Shown piece by piece: positions 9,021 through 19,024 of a stretch of 64,000 bases of DNA (within the stretch, counting starts at the first letter, position 1; every line of letters begins with the position of its first letter). The notes beneath the pieces were generated by a model. The model made no database searches and was not told the origin of the DNA. It saw only the letters and a list, made by a program, of their open reading frames with translations. Source of the DNA: a virus (Duplodnaviria; Caudoviricetes). The stretch is taken from IMG/VR virus record IMGVR_UViG_3300021400_003144. One strand, 5' to 3'. The translations under genes and the position numbers were made by a program.

Positions 9021-11876
9021 TTGGGGGCTTATAGAACTAATATGGAAACATTTAAAAAAGTTTTAAGGTATGTATGGTTATTCATTAAATACTTTGTGGG
9101 ATCTATCATAGGATGTATAAGTGCTGTGACACAAGTTTTAGGTGGATTTTTGTCTGCTATTGCATTTATGCTAATCATATGCACAGTAGCAGGTAGCATC
9201 TTATATGTAAAGGTAAGACCTATGTTTGAAGAAGCTAGGCAGCAGGCTTATGATAAGTTATCTTCAGTAAATGAAAATTCATTTACTATGAATAGTGATA
9301 CTGAGGTATATGATGCTAATGGCAATCAAATTGGACTAATTAGTGCAGGTCATTATGAGTATGCACCTATTGATACAATTAGTAGCTATGTACAGAATGG
9401 ATATATAGCAGTTGAGGATAAGAGGTTTAAACAGCATATAGGTATTGACTATGTAAGTATAGCAAGAGCATTTGTAAGTCTTGTAAAACATAATGGAGAT
9501 ATAAAGCAGGGTGGTTCTACTATTGACCAGCAGGTAGTTAAAAATACACTTTTAACTCAGGAAAAGACATTTAGTAGAAAGCTTGTAGAAGTAATGATTG
9601 CTCCTTATATTGATAACAGATTTGGCAAGGATAAAGTGATGGAGTTCTATTGTAACACTAATTACTTCGGTCATAGATGTTATGGTATTCAGGCGGCAAG
9701 TAGATATTACTTTGGTAAAGATGCTAAAGACCTTGAAGTTTGGGAGGCAGCTTTACTTTGCAGAATAAGTAACAGTCCAAGTAATTATGACCCAGTTAAA
9801 CATCCTAGAAAAGCTATTGAGGGTAGAAACTATGTTTTAAAAGAGATGTTTGAGGATGGTTATATAGCAGAGAATGTATATAAGAAGGCTATTGAACAGC
9901 CATTGAGTATAGTTCAGGAGTATGCAGAAGGCACTAATGAAAATTATCAAACATCATATGCAATTCATTGTGCAGCACTTGAACTTATGAAGAATGATGG
10001 ATTTGAGTTTAAATATACTTTTAATAATAAAGATAGCTATGAGAAATATAGAGAGGAATACAGTAATAAATATAATGAGAAAACAGAAGAAATAAGAGCA
10101 GGTGGTTACAAGATATATACTACACTTGATAGTAATGTACAGAACTTAGTTCAGAATGACCTTGATAAGGTTTTAGATAAGTTTAGAGATGTTGATGAAA
10201 AGACAGGAAAGTTTACATTACAGGGTGCAGCTGTTGTAGTAGATAATCAATCAAACAATGTTATTGCTATTGTAGGTGGTAGAGGAACAGATGATTTATT
10301 TAATAGGGGTTACTTATCATATAGACAGCCTGGTTCAACAATAAAGCCTTTAATTGATTATGCACCAGCTTTTGATACTGGAGAGTTTAGTCCTTCAAGT
10401 AAAATAAATGATACTGAGATTGAAAATGGTCCTAGCAATTCAGGTGGTGGATATAGAGGTTGGATAACAATTAGAGAAGCATTGAATAGATCAATTAATA
10501 CAGTAGCTTGGCAGTTATTACAGAGTGTAGGTGTTGAGAATGGTATTAGTTATCTTGGAAACATGAACTTCTTAGGTATGTCTTATATTGATACTACAGC
10601 TCCAGCTATTGCAATTGGTGGTTTTACAAATGGAACAAGAGTTGTAGACATGGCTAAGGGATATAGTACATTAGCTAATTATGGAGTATACAATGATAAA
10701 ACTTGTATAAAAGATATTGAGTTTAAGGGTGGCTCAGTATATAAGCAAAAGCCAATTAGCAGAAGAGTTTACAGTGAAGATACAGCTTATATGATTACAG
10801 ATGTTCTTAAAGGAACAATGGATAAGGAGTATGGAACTGGTTATGGACTTGATATAAATGGTCAGCAAGCAGCAGGTAAGACTGGAACAACAAATGATAA
10901 TAAGGATGCTTGGTTCTGTGGATACACTAGATATTATACAACAGCAGTTTGGATGGGTTATGATAATCCTAAGAAAATGACTGGTATCTATGGTGCAACA
11001 TATGCAGGTAAGATTTGGCAGGATATTATGACAGGCTTGCATAGTGAATTACCTGAGTGGGATTGGGAAAGACCTGATACAGTTTATGAAGCTAACTATA
11101 ATGAACAGGGTAAGGAAACTGAAGCTGAGACAGGACTCAGAGATTTGTTTAGTAGTAATGCTAAGAACAGGTTAGATGAGCTAATGAATGAAAGAAGAGA
11201 AAATGCTATTTATGAAGAAGCTGAAAAGAGTGTTGCAGAGTATGAGCATTGGTACATCAATACTGTTGAGGATACAGAGTTAATTGATGAGAAGTACAAT
11301 ACAGCTATAAATGAAGCTTGCAGAGTTGAGGATAATGTAAAGAGAAGTGGTCTTTTAGAGAGAGTAAATAATCATAAGGACGAGATTGATAAGTCTATGA
11401 TATCTTGGAGAGATGCAATAGAGATATTTAACAAGAATAAGGAAGATGAAGAAGAGGCTAGACTTATTAGAGAGTCTGAGGAGGCTGAAGAGAATAGGCA
11501 GAAGATTGAAAAGGAACAGAAGATTGAAAGATTTAAGAACTGTTTAAATAGATTTGCTAATGCTGAGTATCAGGACACAGCTAATTATAGTACTTACATT
11601 GGAGAGGCTAGACAAGCTCTTGATGAATGCAGAGAGTACAATGAGTATGTAGGTTTAAGTGATGAACTTAAGAACGCTATAGAAAGATATAACTCATTAC
11701 CTACATATGATGAATGGTACTTAGAGCAGTCTAGAATTGAAGAGAGTCAGAGAGCTGAGGAAGAAAGACTTAAGGAAGAGGCTGATGAGTCACTTAGACA
11801 GCAGATGATTACAGGTCCTTCAGGTAATTCAGATACTTCAGATACTTATGGTCCTTCAGTTGGAAGTTACGAGTAA
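9021..11876 (+). CDS. ponA: class A penicillin-binding protein (PBP1A-like) with C-terminal coiled-coil extension
   Basis: N-terminal TM; GT51 motifs EDKRF, GGSTIDQQVVKN, RKLVE; transpeptidase STIK, SIN, KTG; start may be ATG 9042. Confidence 0.95.
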   Translation: MGAYRTNMETFKKVLRYVWLFIKYFVGSIIGCISAVTQVLGGFLSAIAFMLIICTVAGSILYVKVRPMFEEARQQAYDKLSSVNENSFTMNSDTEVYDANGNQIGLISAGHYEYAPIDTISSYVQNGYIAVEDKRFKQHIGIDYVSIARAFVSLVKHNGDIKQGGSTIDQQVVKNTLLTQEKTFSRKLVEVMIAPYIDNRFGKDKVMEFYCNTNYFGHRCYGIQAASRYYFGKDAKDLEVWEAALLCRISNSPSNYDPVKHPRKAIEGRNYVLKEMFEDGYIAENVYKKAIEQPLSIVQEYAEGTNENYQTSYAIHCAALELMKNDGFEFKYTFNNKDSYEKYREEYSNKYNEKTEEIRAGGYKIYTTLDSNVQNLVQNDLDKVLDKFRDVDEKTGKFTLQGAAVVVDNQSNNVIAIVGGRGTDDLFNRGYLSYRQPGSTIKPLIDYAPAFDTGEFSPSSKINDTEIENGPSNSGGGYRGWITIREALNRSINTVAWQLLQSVGVENGISYLGNMNFLGMSYIDTTAPAIAIGGFTNGTRVVDMAKGYSTLANYGVYNDKTCIKDIEFKGGSVYKQKPISRRVYSEDTAYMITDVLKGTMDKEYGTGYGLDINGQQAAGKTGTTNDNKDAWFCGYTRYYTTAVWMGYDNPKKMTGIYGATYAGKIWQDIMTGLHSELPEWDWERPDTVYEANYNEQGKETEAETGLRDLFSSNAKNRLDELMNERRENAIYEEAEKSVAEYEHWYINTVEDTELIDEKYNTAINEACRVEDNVKRSGLLERVNNHKDEIDKSMISWRDAIEIFNKNKEDEEEARLIRESEEAEENRQKIEKEQKIERFKNCLNRFANAEYQDTANYSTYIGEARQALDECREYNEYVGLSDELKNAIERYNSLPTYDEWYLEQSRIEESQRAEEERLKEEADESLRQQMITGPSGNSDTSDTYGPSVGSYE

Positions 11877-11907
11877 ACAGGAGTGAGTTAAGAACAAACA
11901 GTTAAAG

Positions 11908-11946
11908 TTAAGAGTGTAGCAAAGAGTTAAAGAGCTACACTCTTAA
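11908..11946 (+). terminator. hairpin/terminator
   Basis: ttaagagtgtagc / gctacactcttaa perfect 13-bp inverted repeat. Confidence 0.7.
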
Positions 11947-11996
11947 TATAAGATAAATAGGTCAATTGGAGTTTAGAGTTTATTGGAGGAAATGAA

Positions 11997-12425
11997 ATGA
12001 ATCATGGTGATATTGAATTATTCAAGTCAGATGATACTATTAGTCCTGATGATTATATGGATGATGCTGAGTATGAAGAGTATCTAGGGAATATAAAGAG
12101 TAAGACAGACACTGATATAAAAAATGATGCAGTAGATGATAAAGATAAGGCAGAGGATAAAGATAAAATAGAGGATAAAGATAGTAACATAGCTATTCAG
12201 GATTGGTTATTAACAATATTGTTAATTAACATTCCTTTTATAGGATTGATACCATGTATTTATATGATATTCAGTAGAGGAAGTAACAATATTAAGAAGA
12301 GATTCTGTAAGGCATGGCTAATATATCAGTTAATATTATTTGTAATAACATTTATATTTATGTATATAGGAGTTAATGTAGTGGCTAATGTAATTAATGA
12401 TTTTTTAATTAGTATTGGTCATTAA
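11997..12425 (+). CDS. membrane protein with acidic N-terminus
   Basis: WLLTILLINIPFIGLIPCIYMIF and a second TM segment; GGAGG RBS. Confidence 0.75.
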   Translation: MNHGDIELFKSDDTISPDDYMDDAEYEEYLGNIKSKTDTDIKNDAVDDKDKAEDKDKIEDKDSNIAIQDWLLTILLINIPFIGLIPCIYMIFSRGSNNIKKRFCKAWLIYQLILFVITFIFMYIGVNVVANVINDFLISIGH

Positions 12426-12746
12426 AAGCATGTGGGTTTAATGAGTAGACTGTGTTAATATTTAAGCTAATACAGTTAGTTAAAAAGATTATCAACTCAA
12501 AGCTAAGATTAATAGTTAGAGTGATTAATTTTAGGGAGTTAGGTGATGTAAAATATCTTATATTAAAAATAAGATATTCTGTGAAGTAATTTTAGTGGTT
12601 CTGTTATATGTAATTTTCAAAATTTAAAAAAATCTAAAATTTTGAAAGTTTAACATACATATAAAATAATGGGGGTGAGGCCTTTGTACTAGAGAAGTTT
12701 GTTTATATAATATAGTAACTGTTGGTTTGAATTTATATATTGGGGG

Positions 12747-13763
12747 ATGCATAATATGCAGAGGTACAATGTTAGGCTCAAAGACAGAGTTGTTGATGTG
12801 TCAAAGCCCACTGGTTCAGCTGTAGTTATCAAAGTTCCTTATAAGGATATTGATAAGGAAGAATATACAGACAATAAATTTGTTGTGTATTTTCTTGTAA
12901 GTGGTAAGAGTATACATATTTGTTATTCAAGGAACGGTATACAAGGAAGAGATAGAGCAGCTGAGAATGGTAGAGTATGGGAAGATGTCTATATAGTTAC
13001 TCAGCTAAAGGAAAATTCTTTCTTTAACTCAGCAATTATAGAGCACATAGCAAACAAGTTTGTAGAAATTGTTAAGACTATAAGTAATTTTGAATGTGAC
13101 AATACAGTTGCAAATGAATCAGATGTTCCTATAAGTGGATTTGAATTAGATAACTGTAAAGAATATGTTGATGAAGTTTATGACATGTTATATTCTATAG
13201 GTCTTAATCTTGAAAGTGCAAGCATATCTAATTTAGATGGAGACAAGTCAACTGAACCTAGTAAGACAGCTAAGTCTAAGACAAAAGAATCTAAGACAGT
13301 TAAAAATGAAGATATTGTTGTAGAAGCAAATAATGAAGCAGCTTCTAATAGGTTAATGACTAAACAGGATGCTGAAGATCTTGCAAATATGATTAGTGGA
13401 ACACCAGTTGAGAAGTCTTTCTATGAGGATGCTCCTGAGGTTGAAAATTGTTTCTATCTTAAGAAAAGAATGAACGACACTAATGAAGATGTTGAAGCTA
13501 GAATGATTATGGAAGATGGAAAGTTTATTGTACTTGCAGGTGCTAAGTTAAATCCTGTAGTAGCTAAGAGTCTTGAAAATACCATTGGTAAAGCAAGACG
13601 TGAAGCTGACATAATGAACAATGTTCTTATGAGTGATTTTATAGCTGACACTTGTATGATAGCTTCAAATTTTGTAACAGGAACATTTTCTAATGGTATG
13701 CTAGAGTGGAAAGATAAGGATGGCAATCCTTTAAGAGACACTCTTAAAAAGTTAAGTGCATAA
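12747..13763 (+). CDS. DUF4357-domain protein with degenerate GIY-YIG-like N-terminus
   Basis: C-terminal GKFIVLAGAKL...ASNFVTGTFSNGMLEWKDKDGNPL is the DUF4357 pattern; N-terminal VYFLV...HICYS resembles a decayed GIY-YIG. Confidence 0.75.
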   Translation: MHNMQRYNVRLKDRVVDVSKPTGSAVVIKVPYKDIDKEEYTDNKFVVYFLVSGKSIHICYSRNGIQGRDRAAENGRVWEDVYIVTQLKENSFFNSAIIEHIANKFVEIVKTISNFECDNTVANESDVPISGFELDNCKEYVDEVYDMLYSIGLNLESASISNLDGDKSTEPSKTAKSKTKESKTVKNEDIVVEANNEAASNRLMTKQDAEDLANMISGTPVEKSFYEDAPEVENCFYLKKRMNDTNEDVEARMIMEDGKFIVLAGAKLNPVVAKSLENTIGKARREADIMNNVLMSDFIADTCMIASNFVTGTFSNGMLEWKDKDGNPLRDTLKKLSA

Positions 13764-13784
13764 GAAATTAAACTGAATACTGAG

Positions 13785-13840
13785 AACGGGTTGTACTTTA
13801 GTATTAATTGCAAAAATACTAACTATAACCCGTTATTTTT
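13785..13840 (+). terminator. long hairpin terminator
   Basis: aacgggttgta...tataacccgtt with inner ttagtatt/aatactaa pairing plus T run. Confidence 0.75.
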
Positions 13841-13847
13841 ATGCTAG

Positions 13848-15758
13848 TTGATAGTTATAGGTATAATAGGGATATTTGGAGGTGTTGTTGTGTCAGGGAA
13901 GTACGTTTATTTAAAACAATACAATGAGCTTGAAGTACTAGCAGCAAATAGGATATATAACAAGGTGGCAAAACAGGAGGCTACTGGAAGTAAGAATTTT
14001 GTGCCTATTAAAGATGAAGAAGTCATGGCATTTAAAAAGGTAAAGCTTAATACAGATAAGATAAGGATGTTTAATTTGTATGGAGATAACATTGTAGATA
14101 TGATGCCTTATATTATAAATTATTTTCAGCGTCACATTGTGTATATGGACTATGTACTTGGATTAAATGGTAGAGACATTATTAGAGAATTAGGATACAG
14201 TGAGGAAACCATTACAGAAGATATAAAGAGGTTTATTAATAATGAGCTTGATTTTGAATCTGATGGAAAATATAAGTATTCTGATAAAACTAGTGATTGT
14301 TGTGTAAGTTATTGTTCTACATTCAGTGTAATTCAGGCTTTTGGATTTAATGTATACACAAGATTTAATGGTGATAATACTGAAGAAAATGCTAGTACTA
14401 AAGGTCGTGTTAATTTGTTAAGAGTAATAGCATTTATGGCTCCTGTGTATCTTATTAAGCATCCTAGTAAGCTTATTTCTTTGATATTAGACTATAACTA
14501 TTATTCAATGATACGTGGACTAGAAAGAGGAAATACTGATGAGTTTGTGGATATTGATATAACATATATAGATAAAACATATGAGTTCATAAATAGCTAT
14601 GTACAATTATGGTCAATCAATATATTAAAGAGTATAAGCAATAGTAAAGATAGAGTTATAATGGGTTTAACTAGCAAACAGCTAGATGAACTTGAGTCTA
14701 GATATAGAGAGACTATAGAAAAGACTTATAAGCGAGGTTCATATCTGAAGAAGCTAATGCATGGTAAGATAACTGTAGTTGAATACATTGATAATAGAAT
14801 GTTGGCGTATAAGACTAGACGTTCAGACTATACATGTGAACAACTTATACTATTTTCAAAGGATATTAATAATAAGATTCATATAGAGAAACTTCTAAAA
14901 TATCTAAATAGTCAATATATAACAGATATAGTTGAGCGTGCAAGCTATAGAATAAGCAATTTGTATTATCTTATAAGCTTGTGTGGTACATTGAATAGCA
15001 AGATGTTATCAGAGATAGGTAGTGGTAATGCTCTTAATGAATTTAAGGATAAACTAAAGAAAGCTAATAGTGAGATAGAGAGTTTAAATGATTCTTTAAG
15101 TAAAGAACGTATTAAGACATCTAATTTCAGAGAGAAAAGTAAGGGTTTAGAGAATGAGCTTGCAAAGATTAAGAATACCTATGTACCTAAAGAACAGACT
15201 TCTAAATATGTAGAGGAAATCAAGAGTAAATCAGAGGAAATCAAGAGATTAACGAATGAGCTTAATGAAGCTCATAAGAGTCTTGAGAGTAAGACAAAAG
15301 ACTATTCTGAAATTGCTAAACAGAATAAGAAACTGAAAAATACACTTGATAACTATATAAAGACATTTGGTGAATTAGAGGATAGCTCTGAAGAAGAAAC
15401 TGATGAGTTTAATACTAAATTAAATGGGTCTAGTGATATATCTTATGAAAGTAAAATAGAGTATTTAAAGTTATTTAAGATACTTCTTTGTGGTGGAAAT
15501 GATAGCGTATACAATGTGTTAGTTGATAAGACAGGTTTGGATTTATTGTTTGTCAATAAAGAGAATAGTGTATCTGCTAATGCTAAGTTTGATATATGTG
15601 TTATTTTAACTACTATGAGTAGTCATTCTGTCATTGAAAAAGTTAGTAATAGAGCTGTTAGTAGTGGAGCTGAAATCATTTATTTTGAGGGTTCTAATCA
15701 TAATAAACTTATTAATACATTATATGATAGAATGTATAAGATTTATGGAGAGATTTAA
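13848..15758 (+). CDS. coiled-coil protein with C-terminal DUF2325-like domain
   Basis: long heptad region; KILLCGG...DICVILTTMSSHS...IIYF; GGAGGT favours GTG 13890. Confidence 0.7.
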   Translation: MIVIGIIGIFGGVVVSGKYVYLKQYNELEVLAANRIYNKVAKQEATGSKNFVPIKDEEVMAFKKVKLNTDKIRMFNLYGDNIVDMMPYIINYFQRHIVYMDYVLGLNGRDIIRELGYSEETITEDIKRFINNELDFESDGKYKYSDKTSDCCVSYCSTFSVIQAFGFNVYTRFNGDNTEENASTKGRVNLLRVIAFMAPVYLIKHPSKLISLILDYNYYSMIRGLERGNTDEFVDIDITYIDKTYEFINSYVQLWSINILKSISNSKDRVIMGLTSKQLDELESRYRETIEKTYKRGSYLKKLMHGKITVVEYIDNRMLAYKTRRSDYTCEQLILFSKDINNKIHIEKLLKYLNSQYITDIVERASYRISNLYYLISLCGTLNSKMLSEIGSGNALNEFKDKLKKANSEIESLNDSLSKERIKTSNFREKSKGLENELAKIKNTYVPKEQTSKYVEEIKSKSEEIKRLTNELNEAHKSLESKTKDYSEIAKQNKKLKNTLDNYIKTFGELEDSSEEETDEFNTKLNGSSDISYESKIEYLKLFKILLCGGNDSVYNVLVDKTGLDLLFVNKENSVSANAKFDICVILTTMSSHSVIEKVSNRAVSSGAEIIYFEGSNHNKLINTLYDRMYKIYGEI

Positions 15759-15761
15759 GAT

Positions 15762-16175
15762 ATGGCTATGACTCAAGCAAGTGTTAGGCAAAGGTTTATA
15801 AAGGCAAATCCGGGTGTTAGGTTGCCTGGGAAAAAGGGTTATTGGTATAGATGTGCATTATGTGGAAGATGGTGTGGCAGACCTGGAAATGAAAATGCTC
15901 ATATACCAGATGATATAAAGATGGAAGTTGACCATATAGTGCCTTGGAGTAAAGGTGGGAGTGATAAAGTTTATAACTTACAGCCTTTGTGTAAGAGATG
16001 TAACAGAGGAAAAGGTAATAGAGAAACAGTTAGAGACTCAGGTAAAGCTGTTGTGAATACAGTGTTACATCCAATAGATAGTTTAGTACTTGGAAAGATT
16101 AGAGCTGAGGAAAGGAAGTTCGGCAGAAAGCATAAGATTATACGTGATTTATTTGGTATAGGAAAAAGGGGTTAA
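15762..16175 (+). CDS. HNH endonuclease
   Basis: CALC...EVDHIVPWSKGGSDKVYNLQPLCKRCNRGK. Confidence 0.92.
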   Translation: MAMTQASVRQRFIKANPGVRLPGKKGYWYRCALCGRWCGRPGNENAHIPDDIKMEVDHIVPWSKGGSDKVYNLQPLCKRCNRGKGNRETVRDSGKAVVNTVLHPIDSLVLGKIRAEERKFGRKHKIIRDLFGIGKRG

Positions 16176-16182
16176 ATTTTTA

Positions 16183-16211
16183 TTGATTTTATATAAATTT
16201 TATGATATAAT
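16183..16211 (+). promoter_or_regulatory. sigma-A type promoter
   Basis: TTGATT-17-TATAAT with TG extension. Confidence 0.75.
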
Positions 16212-16227
16212 ATTTTAGAATTAATAT

Positions 16228-16731
16228 TTGGGGGATGTTGATGTGAAAGTTGTATTAAACAATAAGAGCGATGTAGAAGCTAATGAGCAGATTTTTATAA
16301 ACAATATGTTTGATAAGCTGTCTGACTATTTATCAGATATAGTGCATGTATGTGTTAAGAGAGAAGATAAATATAAAATAGATGCATATGTAAATGTAAA
16401 TAAAGACAGTATTATTAGAGCGGAGGCTATAGAGAATACCTTAGAGGAAGCAGTTGTTAACTGTATGTATAAGTTGAGAGATAAGATTGATGATTATAGT
16501 ACAGTTGAGTTTAAAAGGTGTACAACTGAGTATCAACATGAACATAGAGTGTGCAGGCATAAGACAATATATCCTGTGGTGATGAGTATTGAAGAAGCTA
16601 TTGAGGAAATGAATAACTCAGAACATGATTTTTATGGGTTCATCAATAAATTAGAGTCAGGCAAAGAAGTTCCAGCTATAGTTTATAGAAGAAAATCAGG
16701 TGGCTTTGGGTATATAAATATGGCTTGCTAG
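16228..16731 (+). CDS. hpf: long HPF-like ribosome hibernation factor (divergent)
   Basis: C-terminal MSIEEAIEEM...HDFYGFIN...IVYRRKSGGFGYI; N-terminal IIRAEAIENTLEEAV. Confidence 0.8.
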   Translation: MGDVDVKVVLNNKSDVEANEQIFINNMFDKLSDYLSDIVHVCVKREDKYKIDAYVNVNKDSIIRAEAIENTLEEAVVNCMYKLRDKIDDYSTVEFKRCTTEYQHEHRVCRHKTIYPVVMSIEEAIEEMNNSEHDFYGFINKLESGKEVPAIVYRRKSGGFGYINMAC

Positions 16732-17282
16732 GTGGTAAAGATATGAAGTATATTGTAACATATGGTTTTTCAGATAGGTCTGGAATATTATATGAGCCTA
16801 TGAGTGGTTTAAGTAAGTATTGTACAGAGAGTGCTATAGTTAAGTTAGCTAAGGACAATTATATTATAGGAGCATTTGTAGATACTAAACATAGCCGTGT
16901 AGATAAATTACAACCTTATGATTTTATAAAATTTGAAAATTTGAATAGTGCATATGAATATTGTTATGAACATTCAATAGATATAGGTGAGGTTGAGTTT
17001 ATAAATGATGATTACTTTGTATTCTTTAAGAAAAGCATATATGGAATTGAATATGCTATAGTATCTTATAGAGGTGAGCCTAACATGATTGATTATGCAA
17101 CATATGTAGCTCGTAAGGGATATACAAATTATCTAAGTTCAGCAGTGACTTTTGATAAAGATGCAGCTTATAAGAAAGTAGCAAGAATGAATAGCAAAGG
17201 AACACGTAAGTGGGAAGTTATAGCTCTAGTGATAACCTATGGAAGAGTAATGAGATTAATAGATATACTTAGACGGTGTTAA
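16725..17282 (+). CDS. hypothetical protein
   Basis: 185-aa ORF; likely start ATG 16743. Confidence 0.7.
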   Translation: MLGGKDMKYIVTYGFSDRSGILYEPMSGLSKYCTESAIVKLAKDNYIIGAFVDTKHSRVDKLQPYDFIKFENLNSAYEYCYEHSIDIGEVEFINDDYFVFFKKSIYGIEYAIVSYRGEPNMIDYATYVARKGYTNYLSSAVTFDKDAAYKKVARMNSKGTRKWEVIALVITYGRVMRLIDILRRC

Positions 17283-17674
17283 AGAAGCATAAGGAAGAAT
17301 TGAAGGGATATATGTTTGAGTGTTTAAATGACATAGAGTGTTTAAAAGGTATCAAATGGATAAAGAAGTTTAGCTCTTGTAAAGAATTAGGTTGCTATAA
17401 AGCAAGTGAGTATATGAAAAATGAGTTTGTAGAACCTGAAGAACTTATGAAGATATTCATGGAGAGTGTTGAGTTATACAATAAGTTTTTAGAGCTAAAC
17501 ATATTAACAAAAATTAATGAAGGCAATATTGATAAATATATAAAAGCTATAGGCTATACAGATAAGATGGTAGACATCTATGCTAGTAAGATTGAGCATT
17601 CTGAAATGAAAGAGGGCTTAACTGATGAGCAGAAGAAAAGTATATGTGCCAGATTAGTTTATGAATATATTTAA
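17276..17674 (+). CDS. hypothetical protein
   Basis: 132-aa ORF overlapping upstream stop. Confidence 0.65.
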   Translation: MLKKHKEELKGYMFECLNDIECLKGIKWIKKFSSCKELGCYKASEYMKNEFVEPEELMKIFMESVELYNKFLELNILTKINEGNIDKYIKAIGYTDKMVDIYASKIEHSEMKEGLTDEQKKSICARLVYEYI

Positions 17675-17692
17675 TAGAAAGGAAATAATACT

Positions 17693-19024
17693 ATGAAGAT
17701 TAAAAATAAGATAATTCCATTTTTTGCAATGACATTGACAAGTGTAAGTATTCTTGGAATGACAGCTTTTGCAGCTACTTCTAAGACAACGATTAGCAAT
17801 GTAAGACTTACTGTTAACAGTAATATCAAATACGGAGACCCTAAGAGTGAGTCAAATGACAATGTAAGTGCTGAGAGTGATACAGATGGAGTTGACATAA
17901 ATCAGGTTGAGGTAACTAACAAGTCTTCATCTGGTGAGTGGGATTCTAATGATAAACCTAAAATTAAAGTTAGTTTAAAGACTGAGAGTAGTAAGTATGT
18001 CTTTGATGATGACATTAGTAAAGATGATGTTACCATTGAGGGAATGGATATAGACAGTTATACAGTTAAGAAGTCTGGAACATCAAGATTATATGTAACA
18101 GTTACAGGTGTTCAGCTGTCAGATATTGAAGGTGCTGACACAAGTTCAGATTATGACCTTGAAGTAGCAAGTGTTTATCTTGATTCAAGTTCAGGTGAAG
18201 CAAGTTGGGATTCAGCTGAGGATGCTAAGAAATATGAAGTTAGACTTTATAAGGAGTCTGGTAGCAAAGATAACTTAGTAAAGTCAGTAAATGTAAATGG
18301 TTCTAATGATACATATGATTTCAGTAATAACATTACAGGTACTGGTAATTATTATGTAAGAGTCAGAGCTGTTAAAGATAACTCACATAAAGGAGCTTAT
18401 GTAAACAGTGAAACTGTTACAATAGACAGTGATGAATATGAGAGTATCAAGGAGTTTAAGGAGAAGAAAACTTCTGATAATGTAGGTAGTAGCAGTTCAA
18501 GCAGTTCAGGAAGTAGTGGAAATTCAAATGGACCAAGTGTAGAGAATAGTCAGGCAAATGGTCCAGCTGATAATACACCTGATACACCGGGAAAACACTT
18601 AAATGAAGTTTATTATTCTAAGGGTGTTGAACCTATCAATGGTGAGTGGGGAAGTTATACAGATGAAAGTGGAAATACATACTGGACATTAAAGGATAAT
18701 GACCATGTGTACATGAATGAATGGGCATATGTAAAAAATCCTTATGCTAAACCTGAATTAGGTCAGGAATCAGCAGATTGGTTCAGATTTGGTGAAAATG
18801 GTGTAATGCTCACTGGTTGGTTTATGGATGAAAATGGTGATTATTACTATCTAAGTAACATATCTGATGGAACAAGAGGTAAGATGGTAACAGGATGGCA
18901 GGAAATTAACGGATACAAGTATTATTTCGAGCCAGAGTCAAATGGTAGAAGAGGTTGCATGTATAAGAATACAGTAGTTGATGGACATGCAATTGGAGAA
19001 GATGGAAGAGTGTTTGGAGAATGA
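17693..19024 (+). CDS. secreted protein with Fn3-like domain and cell-wall-binding repeats
   Basis: signal peptide ending TAFA; ASWDSAEDAKKYEVRLY / YYVRVRAV; GVMLTGWF, GKMVTGWQEINGYKYYF repeats typical of Clostridia. Confidence 0.85.
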   Translation: MKIKNKIIPFFAMTLTSVSILGMTAFAATSKTTISNVRLTVNSNIKYGDPKSESNDNVSAESDTDGVDINQVEVTNKSSSGEWDSNDKPKIKVSLKTESSKYVFDDDISKDDVTIEGMDIDSYTVKKSGTSRLYVTVTGVQLSDIEGADTSSDYDLEVASVYLDSSSGEASWDSAEDAKKYEVRLYKESGSKDNLVKSVNVNGSNDTYDFSNNITGTGNYYVRVRAVKDNSHKGAYVNSETVTIDSDEYESIKEFKEKKTSDNVGSSSSSSSGSSGNSNGPSVENSQANGPADNTPDTPGKHLNEVYYSKGVEPINGEWGSYTDESGNTYWTLKDNDHVYMNEWAYVKNPYAKPELGQESADWFRFGENGVMLTGWFMDENGDYYYLSNISDGTRGKMVTGWQEINGYKYYFEPESNGRRGCMYKNTVVDGHAIGEDGRVFGE

